A stretch of DNA of 63,534 nt, filler included. It is 4 parts of 4 records of this genome, joined end to end, with 100 filler letters (N's around TTAATTAATTAA, not from the genome) between each part and the next. Parts side by side here need not be neighbours in the genome. Positions count along the whole stretch, not along the records: positions 24,819 to 54,703 come from SRR20825010_805; 3 more parts are not named here. One strand, given 5' to 3'. Below, one piece after another: positions 28,090-36,666 of this stretch (within the stretch, counting starts at the first letter, position 1; every line of letters starts with the position of its first letter). The notes under the pieces were generated by a model. That model saw only the letters and a program-made list of their open reading frames with translations, was not told the origin of the DNA and made no database searches. A program made the translations under genes and the position numbers.

Positions 28090-28470
28090 TTATATTGAAG
28101 CAATAACGGAGATTTCAACATTTACAAATTTCGGTAAGTTTGCTACTTCAACGGTTTCACGGGCTGGGGCAGTAGCTTCATCAAAATAAGTGCTATATAC
28201 TTCATTTATAGCCGCAAAATTGTGCATATCACTAATAAAAATTGTGCTTTTCAATACGTTTTCAAAAGTCATTCCTGCTTCAGTTAGTATTGCTTTTAAA
28301 TTCTCCATTACCAATTTTGTTTCAGTTTTGATGTCATCGATAACTAATTCTCCAGTTTTTGGATCAATGGCTATTTGCCCAGAAGTGTAAAGCATTGTTC
28401 CATTAAGTATCGCTTGATTGTATGGCCCAATTGGTGCTGGAGCATTTGGAGTAGTAATTATTTTTTTCAT
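28090..28470 (-). CDS. ridA: RidA/YjgF family enamine deaminase
   Basis: APAPIGPYNQA, SGQI, PARETVEVANLP…VEI. Confidence 0.92.
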   Translation of the reverse strand: MKKIITTPNAPAPIGPYNQAILNGTMLYTSGQIAIDPKTGELVIDDIKTETKLVMENLKAILTEAGMTFENVLKSTIFISDMHNFAAINEVYSTYFDEATAPARETVEVANLPKFVNVEISVIASI

Positions 28471-28518
28471 ATTCTTCAATAATTGATTTCTTTTTTTAAA
28501 TTCTCATCATTCAAAAAA

Positions 28519-31281
28519 CTATAATCTCTTGTCGCTTTCTCTACGTTTATCGTATTTAATATCGCTAAGCACTGACGATTTTATTCCAACAAAGAAATAC
28601 CAAGCCGTATTGATGCTGCCAATTGGCGTCCAATTAAAGCTCATTTGCCAGCTTTCTAAATCTCGCTGAAAACGAAATTGTGTTAATGTAACACCTTTAT
28701 TTTTAAAATCATACCCAGAAGAAACACCTACTGTCCATCGTGGTGCAAGCTCAAGGTTGGTGCTCATCATAAACGATTGACTTGAAATTTCATTTTGACG
28801 TTGGTTGTTACCATACGTAATGGTATAGGCAAAACGTACATCCCACGGAATGGTGTAATTATACCATTCTACATCCGTTTTATCCTTGTCATCCTCATCG
28901 TCCTCTTTATAGATTCGACCGTCATAAATGTCTGAAGATTCACCAAATAAATCATCGGGTCTACCACCATTTCGGAAGGTTTCATTATCTACACCAGTAT
29001 CTTTTCCAGAGCTTTCAAGGTCTTTACTTGAAAAAGAGTAGTTGATGCTCACATTTGCATTTGTTAATCTGAAAAGACTTCCGCCGTTGTCAATATTAAA
29101 CACATCGATTTTTTTATTAGTATTATCCAGCGCATACGGGTCTAATGTTCCACTGAAATTAAAATCGAGTTTATTTACAATAGGAATACTTCCAGTAAAG
29201 CGCAATGGGCTCCAGTTTAACGAATCACCCGCTAAGTTATAGGCTGTTGAAAAGTTTAAATTATTTAGTAGAATTACCTTTTTAGGCTCTTTAGCAAGCG
29301 TATCACGATCGCGTACTTTGGCTTCAAAAGTATTGCTTAGGGAAAAACCTACATTGCTAGAATACACTTTCCCAGGCGCTCCGTACAGCGTGTTTTCAAA
29401 ACGAGAATACGAAACAGTTTCACCAGCAGATTCTTCAGCTGTTAACGGAATTTGAAATTCGTCGTAATACCTATCAAAAGCAGGGTTGATGTTGTAGCTT
29501 ATGGATGGGCGAACCACATGGCGAATGGCTTGTATTTTCTTCTCTTTTCCGAAGTTAAAAAGTCCGTAAAGTGTAGTTCCTAAGCTAGTTGAAAAATTAT
29601 AAGTCCGGTAGCTTTCAAAACCAGAAACAGTATCCTGAACAACGCCTCCAATTCCATCTAAAGCAGTTTCATCATAACGTTTTCGTGTGCTTTTAAGCAC
29701 CCATGTTTCCTTAAAATTTGTTCCAGCGGAAGCGCTTAAATATTTTAGTACTTTGAAGTTTGTTGTAATGGGTATATTGTGTTGCGCGCCAATCTGTGCG
29801 TCATTAAACATTTCCGACTTAAAGAAAAGTGAATCGGTGGTTTCAATTCTATTTTCCGCAGCTACGTCATATTGAAAGTTTATATTCTGAAAAATACCTT
29901 TTTTAATTCCGTTTTTTGGAGCAAATGGATAAATTCTTGAAACACTTACATTCATATTTGGCAAGGACATTGAAATAGCATTTGTTTGCGTATTCTGTCT
30001 GTGTGTAGCAGCAAGTGTAAGGTTTATTTGGGGATCGCCTTCAAAGGTTTTGGCATATGAAATTGATGAACTTAAGGTGTTTACTAGCGCACTCGCGTTA
30101 TTTGTTTGGTTAATAGATTCATTAAAATATTGACTACTTCCTAAGTTTACAGAAGCAGAAAAGCGTGAATTTGGATTGCTTTTTGGATCTTGTGTATGTG
30201 TCCATCGAATGTTATAAACACTACTTTCACTAAAACCAGGAAAACCTCTTTCTTCCTCTACAAGGCTTTCAAACCGCGCACTTATATTTCCTCTAAATTT
30301 ATATTTTAAAACATAAGCAGATTCTCCACGAAGTGCATAACTACCATTGGTGTAATAATCGCCCAAAAGTGTTAAATCTAAATAATCATTAATAGCGAAA
30401 TAATATCCGCCATTCTGAAAGAAAAACCCACGATTATTATTCTGTCCAAAAGAAGGTATAATAAACCCTGAAGTGCGTTCTTCAGTTAAAGGAAAATAGG
30501 CAAACGGCAATCCAATTGGAGTGGGTACATCGGCAATATACATATTTGTAAGCCCTGTAACGATTTTCTTTTTAGGCACAAACTTGGCTTTTCGTGTATA
30601 AAAATAGTATTCAGGATCGTCTATGTTTTTTGAAGTAGTAAACTTTACATTTCGAAGATAAACAACGGAGTCGTTTACTTTTTTAGTTACTTCAGCAATC
30701 ACATTAAAGCCATTTTGTTCTGTTCGGCTATTAAAAACCAAGGCTTTTTCTGAATCAAAATTATACCGAATGGAATCAGGTTCTACTTTGTTGGTGCCTT
30801 GCACAAAAATAGGGCGTTGGCTATAGGTTCCTGCGCTGTCAATTCCTTTAGCGTAGACTTCGTTTTTATTGTAATCTAAAATTATCAAACCTGCGTCAAT
30901 ACGCATATCTTCATAAATAATATATGCATTATTATACATATATACTTTGTTTTCTTTTCTATTGAGAAGCACATAATCTTCTCCATAATAATCCACAATA
31001 TTTGTTAGTGTTTCCTTGGGTGGTTTTATGGAATCAGATTTTATAGTGTCTTGGTTTTTTTCATTAATTTCTTCAACAATAGGTTTTAGGTTTACAGAAA
31101 GCGTATCATCTTTTGTAGTTTTTAAAATAGTGGCTTCATTTTTTGGAGGAATGTCCTGTGCGTGCAAAACACCACCGCTAATAAGCAGGAATGTTAAGAA
31201 AATTGTTAAGTAATGCCTATGTGTCTGCAATGCTACGATGCTATTATTTTGTAGATTTGGCTCAATATTTGAAACGGTCAA
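28519..31281 (-). CDS. lptD: LPS-assembly protein LptD (Bacteroidetes type)
   Basis: OstA-like N-terminus, GGYYFAINDY, beta-barrel, C-terminal LSDIKYDKR; divergent from amidase; start uncertain. Confidence 0.85.
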   Translation of the reverse strand: MTVSNIEPNLQNNSIVALQTHRHYLTIFLTFLLISGGVLHAQDIPPKNEATILKTTKDDTLSVNLKPIVEEINEKNQDTIKSDSIKPPKETLTNIVDYYGEDYVLLNRKENKVYMYNNAYIIYEDMRIDAGLIILDYNKNEVYAKGIDSAGTYSQRPIFVQGTNKVEPDSIRYNFDSEKALVFNSRTEQNGFNVIAEVTKKVNDSVVYLRNVKFTTSKNIDDPEYYFYTRKAKFVPKKKIVTGLTNMYIADVPTPIGLPFAYFPLTEERTSGFIIPSFGQNNNRGFFFQNGGYYFAINDYLDLTLLGDYYTNGSYALRGESAYVLKYKFRGNISARFESLVEEERGFPGFSESSVYNIRWTHTQDPKSNPNSRFSASVNLGSSQYFNESINQTNNASALVNTLSSSISYAKTFEGDPQINLTLAATHRQNTQTNAISMSLPNMNVSVSRIYPFAPKNGIKKGIFQNINFQYDVAAENRIETTDSLFFKSEMFNDAQIGAQHNIPITTNFKVLKYLSASAGTNFKETWVLKSTRKRYDETALDGIGGVVQDTVSGFESYRTYNFSTSLGTTLYGLFNFGKEKKIQAIRHVVRPSISYNINPAFDRYYDEFQIPLTAEESAGETVSYSRFENTLYGAPGKVYSSNVGFSLSNTFEAKVRDRDTLAKEPKKVILLNNLNFSTAYNLAGDSLNWSPLRFTGSIPIVNKLDFNFSGTLDPYALDNTNKKIDVFNIDNGGSLFRLTNANVSINYSFSSKDLESSGKDTGVDNETFRNGGRPDDLFGESSDIYDGRIYKEDDEDDKDKTDVEWYNYTIPWDVRFAYTITYGNNQRQNEISSQSFMMSTNLELAPRWTVGVSSGYDFKNKGVTLTQFRFQRDLESWQMSFNWTPIGSINTAWYFFVGIKSSVLSDIKYDKRRESDKRL

Positions 31282-31360
31282 AAATAAACATATTTTTTCG
31301 GGTACGTTTTTTTAAATCATTTTTTTGAAACATCAAATTTTATTAATCATTATAAGATAT

Positions 31361-32482
31361 ATGAAAACGAATATTTTTTCTTCTTTCGTATTAATAATTA
31401 GTCTTTTACTAGCTACAAGTATTTCCATAGCTGCTGAAAAACCTACAAAACCTTTTGTTGTTGTTTTAGATGCAGGGCACGGAGGCCATGACCACGGTAA
31501 CAAAGGTAATGGCTATAAAGAATCAGAAATAGCTCTTAACATAGTTTTAAAGGTAGGCGCCGAACTTGAGAAACTTCCAAATATAAAAGTTATATACACA
31601 CGTAAAACGGATGTTTTTATCGAATTGCGTGAACGTGCCGCAATTGCAAATAAGGCAGATGCCGATCTTTTTGTATCGGTACATTGTAATGCGCACCACT
31701 CCGATGCTTACGGCGCGGAAACTTTTGTGCTTGGGTTGCATAAAAGTCAAGCGAACTTTGAGGTTGCTAAAAAAGAAAATGAAGTAATCTATCTGGAAGA
31801 AAACTATCAAGAAAAGTATGGTGGGTTCGATCCTAATGCTCCAGAATCGTTGATAGGCATGGTGTTAATGCAAGAAGAATACTTAGATCAGAGTATTTTA
31901 TTAGCCAGTTTGGTACAGAATAATGTAATAAATAACTTAAAACGTAAAGACAGAAGCGTTAAACAAGCAGGTTTTTGGGTACTTCACAATACGTATATGC
32001 CGAGTGTTTTAATTGAAACTGGTTTTTTAACTAATAAAAGTGAAGGAGCTTATTTAAATTCTGCCAAAGGACAAACGGAAATGGCTCGCGAAATAGAAAA
32101 TGCGATTGAAAGTTATATTAAAAGTATTTCGGTAAGCATTGAAAAACTAAAAGATCCAGAGATTGAGCATATTCAGGTTGAAAAAGTAATAGAAACTACC
32201 AAAGAAAATGTTTTTGATGGCGTAATTTTTAAGGTGCAATTAGCTGCTAGCAGTAGAAAGTTAGACCCTAAACCAAGTAATTTCAAAGGTTTAAAAGAAG
32301 TTACACGAGATAAAGAAGATGGACTTTTTAAATATTATTACGGGGAAACATCCGATTATAATAAAATTCAAGTAATGAAAACTTTTGTTCAGCAAAAAGG
32401 CTATCCATCTGCTTACATAGTTGCATTTAAAAAAGGAAAAAAAGTTAATCTTCCTGAAGTGTTAAAATCGAAAGGCATTTAA
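31361..32482 (+). CDS. N-acetylmuramoyl-L-alanine amidase (Amidase_3)
   Basis: VVLDAGHGGHD, FVSVHCNA, PSVLIETGF; SPOR-like C-terminus. Confidence 0.93.
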   Translation: MKTNIFSSFVLIISLLLATSISIAAEKPTKPFVVVLDAGHGGHDHGNKGNGYKESEIALNIVLKVGAELEKLPNIKVIYTRKTDVFIELRERAAIANKADADLFVSVHCNAHHSDAYGAETFVLGLHKSQANFEVAKKENEVIYLEENYQEKYGGFDPNAPESLIGMVLMQEEYLDQSILLASLVQNNVINNLKRKDRSVKQAGFWVLHNTYMPSVLIETGFLTNKSEGAYLNSAKGQTEMAREIENAIESYIKSISVSIEKLKDPEIEHIQVEKVIETTKENVFDGVIFKVQLAASSRKLDPKPSNFKGLKEVTRDKEDGLFKYYYGETSDYNKIQVMKTFVQQKGYPSAYIVAFKKGKKVNLPEVLKSKGI

Positions 32483-32537
32483 TGTGCTTTCTTTATATTT
32501 ATCATTTAAATTTGTTTAAAAATCTAAAACCACACAC

Positions 32538-33488
32538 TTGAAACTATCAAAGGAAGTAAAAACTGGGATTCTTGCTATTGGAGCCATATTATTATTAATT
32601 TTTGGCTACAGTTTTTTGAAAGGCACGAATTTATTAGACAAAAATCGTGAGTTTTTTGTGAAATACGATAACGTTGAAGGATTGGCACAAGCTGCTCCTG
32701 TAACTATTAACGGACTTACAGTAGGGAAGGTTCAGGAAATTTCATTTGCTAATTCTAAAGGGGGATTAATTGTGAAGTTTTCAGTAGAAAAAGATTTCGA
32801 TTTTTCAAAAAATAGTGTAGTAAGAATATACAGCACAGGACTTATTGGTGGAAAATCATTAGGAATTTTTCCAGAATACGATATAAATAATATTGCTAAA
32901 AATGGCGATACACTTCGTGGCGATGTTGAAGATGGAATGTTAACTGCCGTAACAAAAGCTCTTGGCCCATTAGAAAAGAAAGTAAACAATACCTTAGCTA
33001 CAGTTGATACACTTCTATTAAGTGTAAACGCTATTGTTGATGAAAAAACACGTCAAAATTTAAAAGAAGCGATAGAAAATCTCAATAAAACCTTGAATTC
33101 ATTTTCAGGAGTTTCTGAAAATCTAAACCATATTCTTGCTACAAATACAGGGAAATTAGATAATACTTTTACAAATTTAGACAAGACCGCAGGAAATCTT
33201 TCTAAACTTACAGATTCCTTAGCACAGCTTGAAACAGGGAAATTGGTTACAAACCTTCAAAGCGTTGTCGATAAAATGGACAATATTGTTTCAGGTATTG
33301 ATAATGGTGACGGTTCCATAGGAAAGCTTTTAAAGGACGATAAACTTTATGAAAATTTAGAAGGAGCTTCAAGACAATTAGAACAGCTTCTTCAAGATGT
33401 TAAGCTAAACCCGAAACGATACGTTCACATTTCTGTTTTTGGTAAAAAAAATAAAGAATACGAAACTCCAGACAACCCAGAAAAATAG
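32538..33488 (+). CDS. mlaD: MlaD/MCE family protein
   Basis: N-terminal TM, GL…PVTINGLTVGKV, coiled region, GSIGKLLKD…NPKRYVH. Confidence 0.88.
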   Translation: MKLSKEVKTGILAIGAILLLIFGYSFLKGTNLLDKNREFFVKYDNVEGLAQAAPVTINGLTVGKVQEISFANSKGGLIVKFSVEKDFDFSKNSVVRIYSTGLIGGKSLGIFPEYDINNIAKNGDTLRGDVEDGMLTAVTKALGPLEKKVNNTLATVDTLLLSVNAIVDEKTRQNLKEAIENLNKTLNSFSGVSENLNHILATNTGKLDNTFTNLDKTAGNLSKLTDSLAQLETGKLVTNLQSVVDKMDNIVSGIDNGDGSIGKLLKDDKLYENLEGASRQLEQLLQDVKLNPKRYVHISVFGKKNKEYETPDNPEK

Positions 33489-33491
33489 ACC

Positions 33492-34823
33492 ATGCAGTAC
33501 ATCCCGAATTTACTTTTTATAATAGCACTTGCAGCGGGTATTGGTTATTTTACCAGCAACATCCGAAAAATAATTCGCAACATTAAGTTAGGGCAGGAAG
33601 TGGATGCTTCCGATAATGTAGTCCAAAGGTGGAAAAATGTAGCGCTTATAGCCCTTGGACAATCAAAAATGGTTGTAAGACCCATACCTGGTTTATTACA
33701 TATTATAGTATATCTTGGGTTTGTAATAATCAATATTGAAGTAATCGAAATTATTATCGATGGAATTTTCGGTACACACCGCGTTCTTTCTGGAATACTT
33801 CCTGTTGGAGTATACAACTTTTTAATAGCATCCTTCGAAATATTAGCATTGCTTGTTTTACTAGGAGTAATCGTTTTTTGGACACGAAGAAATATTCAAA
33901 AATTAAAACGATTTTGGGCAAACGAAATGAAAGGTTGGCCAAAAAGCGACGGAAATATTATTTTATATTTTGAAATGGTCTTAATGATTTTATTTCTTAC
34001 AATGAATGCTGCCGACCAATCTTTACAAGCCATGGGTGCCGCACATTATGTGGAAGCTGGATCATTTCCTATAAGTCAATATATAGTACCATTTTTTAGT
34101 AATTTTTCAGAAGGAACATTAATTATTATTGAACGTAGCGCATGGTGGCTTCATATATTGGGGATACTGGCTTTTCTTAATTATTTGTATTTTTCAAAAC
34201 ACCTTCATATTATGTTGGCTTTTCCAAATGTTTACTTCGGAAAAGTGGTTCCAAAAGGGCAATTCAAAAACCTTGATTCTGTTACAAATGAAGTGAAAAT
34301 GATGATGGATCCAAGTATAGATCCGTTTGCAGCTCCTGCTGAAGACGCTACAGCAGCCCCAGCAAAATTTGGAGCAAGCGATGTAATGGATTTAAATAGA
34401 ATTCAATTACTAAATGCATATACCTGTACTGAATGTGGTCGTTGTACCAGTGAATGCCCAGCAAACATTACAGGTAAGAAACTTTCACCTAGAAAAATAA
34501 TGATGGATACTCGCGACCGTTTGGAAGAAGTTGGGAATAACATCAATAAAAATGGGGGGTTTAAACCAGACGGAAAACAACTTTTAGACGATTATATAAC
34601 GCGGGAAGAACTTTGGGCGTGTACAAGCTGTAACGCCTGTGTAGAAGCTTGCCCTGTGAGTATTGACCCGTTGAGTATTATTATGGATATGCGTCAGTAT
34701 TTAGTGATGGAACAGTCTGCGGCACCAACCGAGTTGAATGTTTCAATGACAAATATTGAAAATAATGGCGCACCATGGCCATACAACCAAATGGATCGTT
34801 TAAATTGGAAAGATGAGAATTAA
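33492..34823 (+). CDS. Membrane Fe-S oxidoreductase (FadF/HdrD-like N-terminal half)
   Basis: TM helices plus CTECGRCTSECP and CTSCNACVEACP. Confidence 0.88.
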   Translation: MQYIPNLLFIIALAAGIGYFTSNIRKIIRNIKLGQEVDASDNVVQRWKNVALIALGQSKMVVRPIPGLLHIIVYLGFVIINIEVIEIIIDGIFGTHRVLSGILPVGVYNFLIASFEILALLVLLGVIVFWTRRNIQKLKRFWANEMKGWPKSDGNIILYFEMVLMILFLTMNAADQSLQAMGAAHYVEAGSFPISQYIVPFFSNFSEGTLIIIERSAWWLHILGILAFLNYLYFSKHLHIMLAFPNVYFGKVVPKGQFKNLDSVTNEVKMMMDPSIDPFAAPAEDATAAPAKFGASDVMDLNRIQLLNAYTCTECGRCTSECPANITGKKLSPRKIMMDTRDRLEEVGNNINKNGGFKPDGKQLLDDYITREELWACTSCNACVEACPVSIDPLSIIMDMRQYLVMEQSAAPTELNVSMTNIENNGAPWPYNQMDRLNWKDEN

Positions 34824-34876
34824 ATAATAATTCTTTACAATTAATATTAATTAAATAAAAGCGGTAATAATTGAAC

Positions 34877-35311
34877 ATGAAAAAAGAAGAAGTTGATAGA
34901 ATACTGCACAATAAAGTAGAAAAAGGCGAACACGTTAGCCCAATTCTTCCTGAAGGAATAAAAAACTATTTAATTGATATTGATGGTACCATTACAGAAG
35001 ATGTTCCAAACGAGGAACCTGAAAGAATGGTAACCTGTGAGCCATTTCCTGATGCCTTAAAAACATTAAATAAATGGTATGACGAAGGTCATATTATTTG
35101 TTTTTTCACATCACGAACAGAAGCGCATCGTGAAGTAACTGAAACCTGGCTTAATAAACACGGTTTTAAGTATCACAGTATGTTAATGGGTAAACCACGC
35201 GGTGGAAATTATCATTGGATTGACAACCACTTAGTTAAAGCAACCCGTTATAAAGGTAAATTTACCGATTTAATAGAGAAACAAGTAAAAATAAAAGTAT
35301 TTGAAGATTAG
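34877..35311 (+). CDS. Small HAD-superfamily (LNS2-like) protein
   Basis: IDIDGTI motif I, FTSR motif II, GKPRGG…IDN. Confidence 0.8.
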   Translation: MKKEEVDRILHNKVEKGEHVSPILPEGIKNYLIDIDGTITEDVPNEEPERMVTCEPFPDALKTLNKWYDEGHIICFFTSRTEAHREVTETWLNKHGFKYHSMLMGKPRGGNYHWIDNHLVKATRYKGKFTDLIEKQVKIKVFED

Positions 35312-35369
35312 TCATAAAATTTCGAAGCGCTGAAATTAAGCTCTTCAATTAAAATTTGAAATATAGAAT

Positions 35370-36161
35370 ATGAGTGAAGCAATAAAAGTCCCAACAATGG
35401 CCGAATATATGGCACAAGGCAAAAAGCCTGAAGTGCTTTTTTGGGTAGGTTGCTCAGGGAGTTTTGACGACCGTGCAAAAAAAATTACCAAAGCATTTGT
35501 AAAGTTACTTAACAAAGCAAATATAGATTTCGCTGTTTTAGGGACTGAAGAAAGCTGTACTGGAGATCCCGCAAAAAGAGCAGGAAATGAGTTTTTGTTT
35601 CAAATGCAAGCAATGACAAATATTGAAGTGCTAAACGGCTATGAAATTAAAAAAATAGTAACCGCTTGCCCACATTGCTTCAACACTATAAAAAATGAAT
35701 ATCCTGGCCTTGGCGGCAATTATGAAGTTGTGCATCATACACAATTCCTAAAATCGTTAGTAGAAGAAGGAAGATTAAAAATAGAAGGAGGAAAATTCAA
35801 AGGAAAAAGAATCACATTTCACGATCCATGTTATTTAGGAAGAGCAAATGGTGAATATGAAGCCCCGCGTGAATTACTTAGAAAACTAGAAGTAGAACTA
35901 ATAGAAATGAAACGTTGTAAAACCCGTGGCCTTTGTTGTGGCGCTGGTGGAGCACAAATGTTTAAAGAACCAGAAGCTGGTGATAAAGACATAAATGTGG
36001 AAAGAACAGAAGAAGCTTTAGAGGTTGCTCCAAAAATTATTGCTGCGGGATGTCCTTTTTGCAATACAATGCTAACCGATGGCGTTAAAGCTAAACACGC
36101 AGAAGACAATGTTCAAGTTTTGGATGTTGCAGAAATGATTGCAAATGCAGAAGATTTATAA
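35370..36161 (+). CDS. CCG-domain Fe-S protein (FadF/HdrD-like C-terminal half)
   Basis: WVGC, ESCTGD, TACPHC, HDPCYLGR, CCGAGG, CPFC. Confidence 0.88.
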   Translation: MSEAIKVPTMAEYMAQGKKPEVLFWVGCSGSFDDRAKKITKAFVKLLNKANIDFAVLGTEESCTGDPAKRAGNEFLFQMQAMTNIEVLNGYEIKKIVTACPHCFNTIKNEYPGLGGNYEVVHHTQFLKSLVEEGRLKIEGGKFKGKRITFHDPCYLGRANGEYEAPRELLRKLEVELIEMKRCKTRGLCCGAGGAQMFKEPEAGDKDINVERTEEALEVAPKIIAAGCPFCNTMLTDGVKAKHAEDNVQVLDVAEMIANAEDL

Positions 36162-36164
36162 AGA

Positions 36165-36650
36165 ATGCTGACAGATTTTAAAAATTTACCTGATGATTCC
36201 AGAGTATGGATTTATCAAGCCAATAGAAAGCTTAGTGACGATGAAGTTGCTAAAATTAACGAATTAACAAACAACTTTTTAACAAAATGGACTGCCCACG
36301 GTGCTGAACTTGAAGCAGGGGTGGAGTTAAAGTACAACCGTTTTATAATTATTGGTCTTAACCAAGCAAATGCTTCGGCTTCAGGCTGTAGTATTGATGC
36401 TTCAGTACATTTTATACAATCGCTTCAAGATGATTTTGATGTAGATTTATTAGATAAAATGAACGTTACATTCTATTCAGGAGACTATATTGCTTATAAA
36501 CCATTGGCTGATTTCAGAAAAATGGCAAAAGACAAATCGGTTTCAAAAAATACTATAGTCTTTAATAATTTAGTAAACACAAAAGCAGAATATCTTGAAA
36601 ACTGGGAAGTACCCGCCACAGAAAGCTGGCATAATCGATTTTTGTCCTAA
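36165..36650 (+). CDS. Conserved Bacteroidetes hypothetical protein
   Basis: SRVWIYQ…WTAHG…ASGCSID motif; no Walker motifs. Confidence 0.75.
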   Translation: MLTDFKNLPDDSRVWIYQANRKLSDDEVAKINELTNNFLTKWTAHGAELEAGVELKYNRFIIIGLNQANASASGCSIDASVHFIQSLQDDFDVDLLDKMNVTFYSGDYIAYKPLADFRKMAKDKSVSKNTIVFNNLVNTKAEYLENWEVPATESWHNRFLS

Positions 36651-36666
36651 TCCCATTTCAACCGCT

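Noticed and set aside
36165-36650. Family often labelled 'ABC transporter ATPase'
   Set aside because: No Walker A/B or signature motif in the 161-aa sequence.
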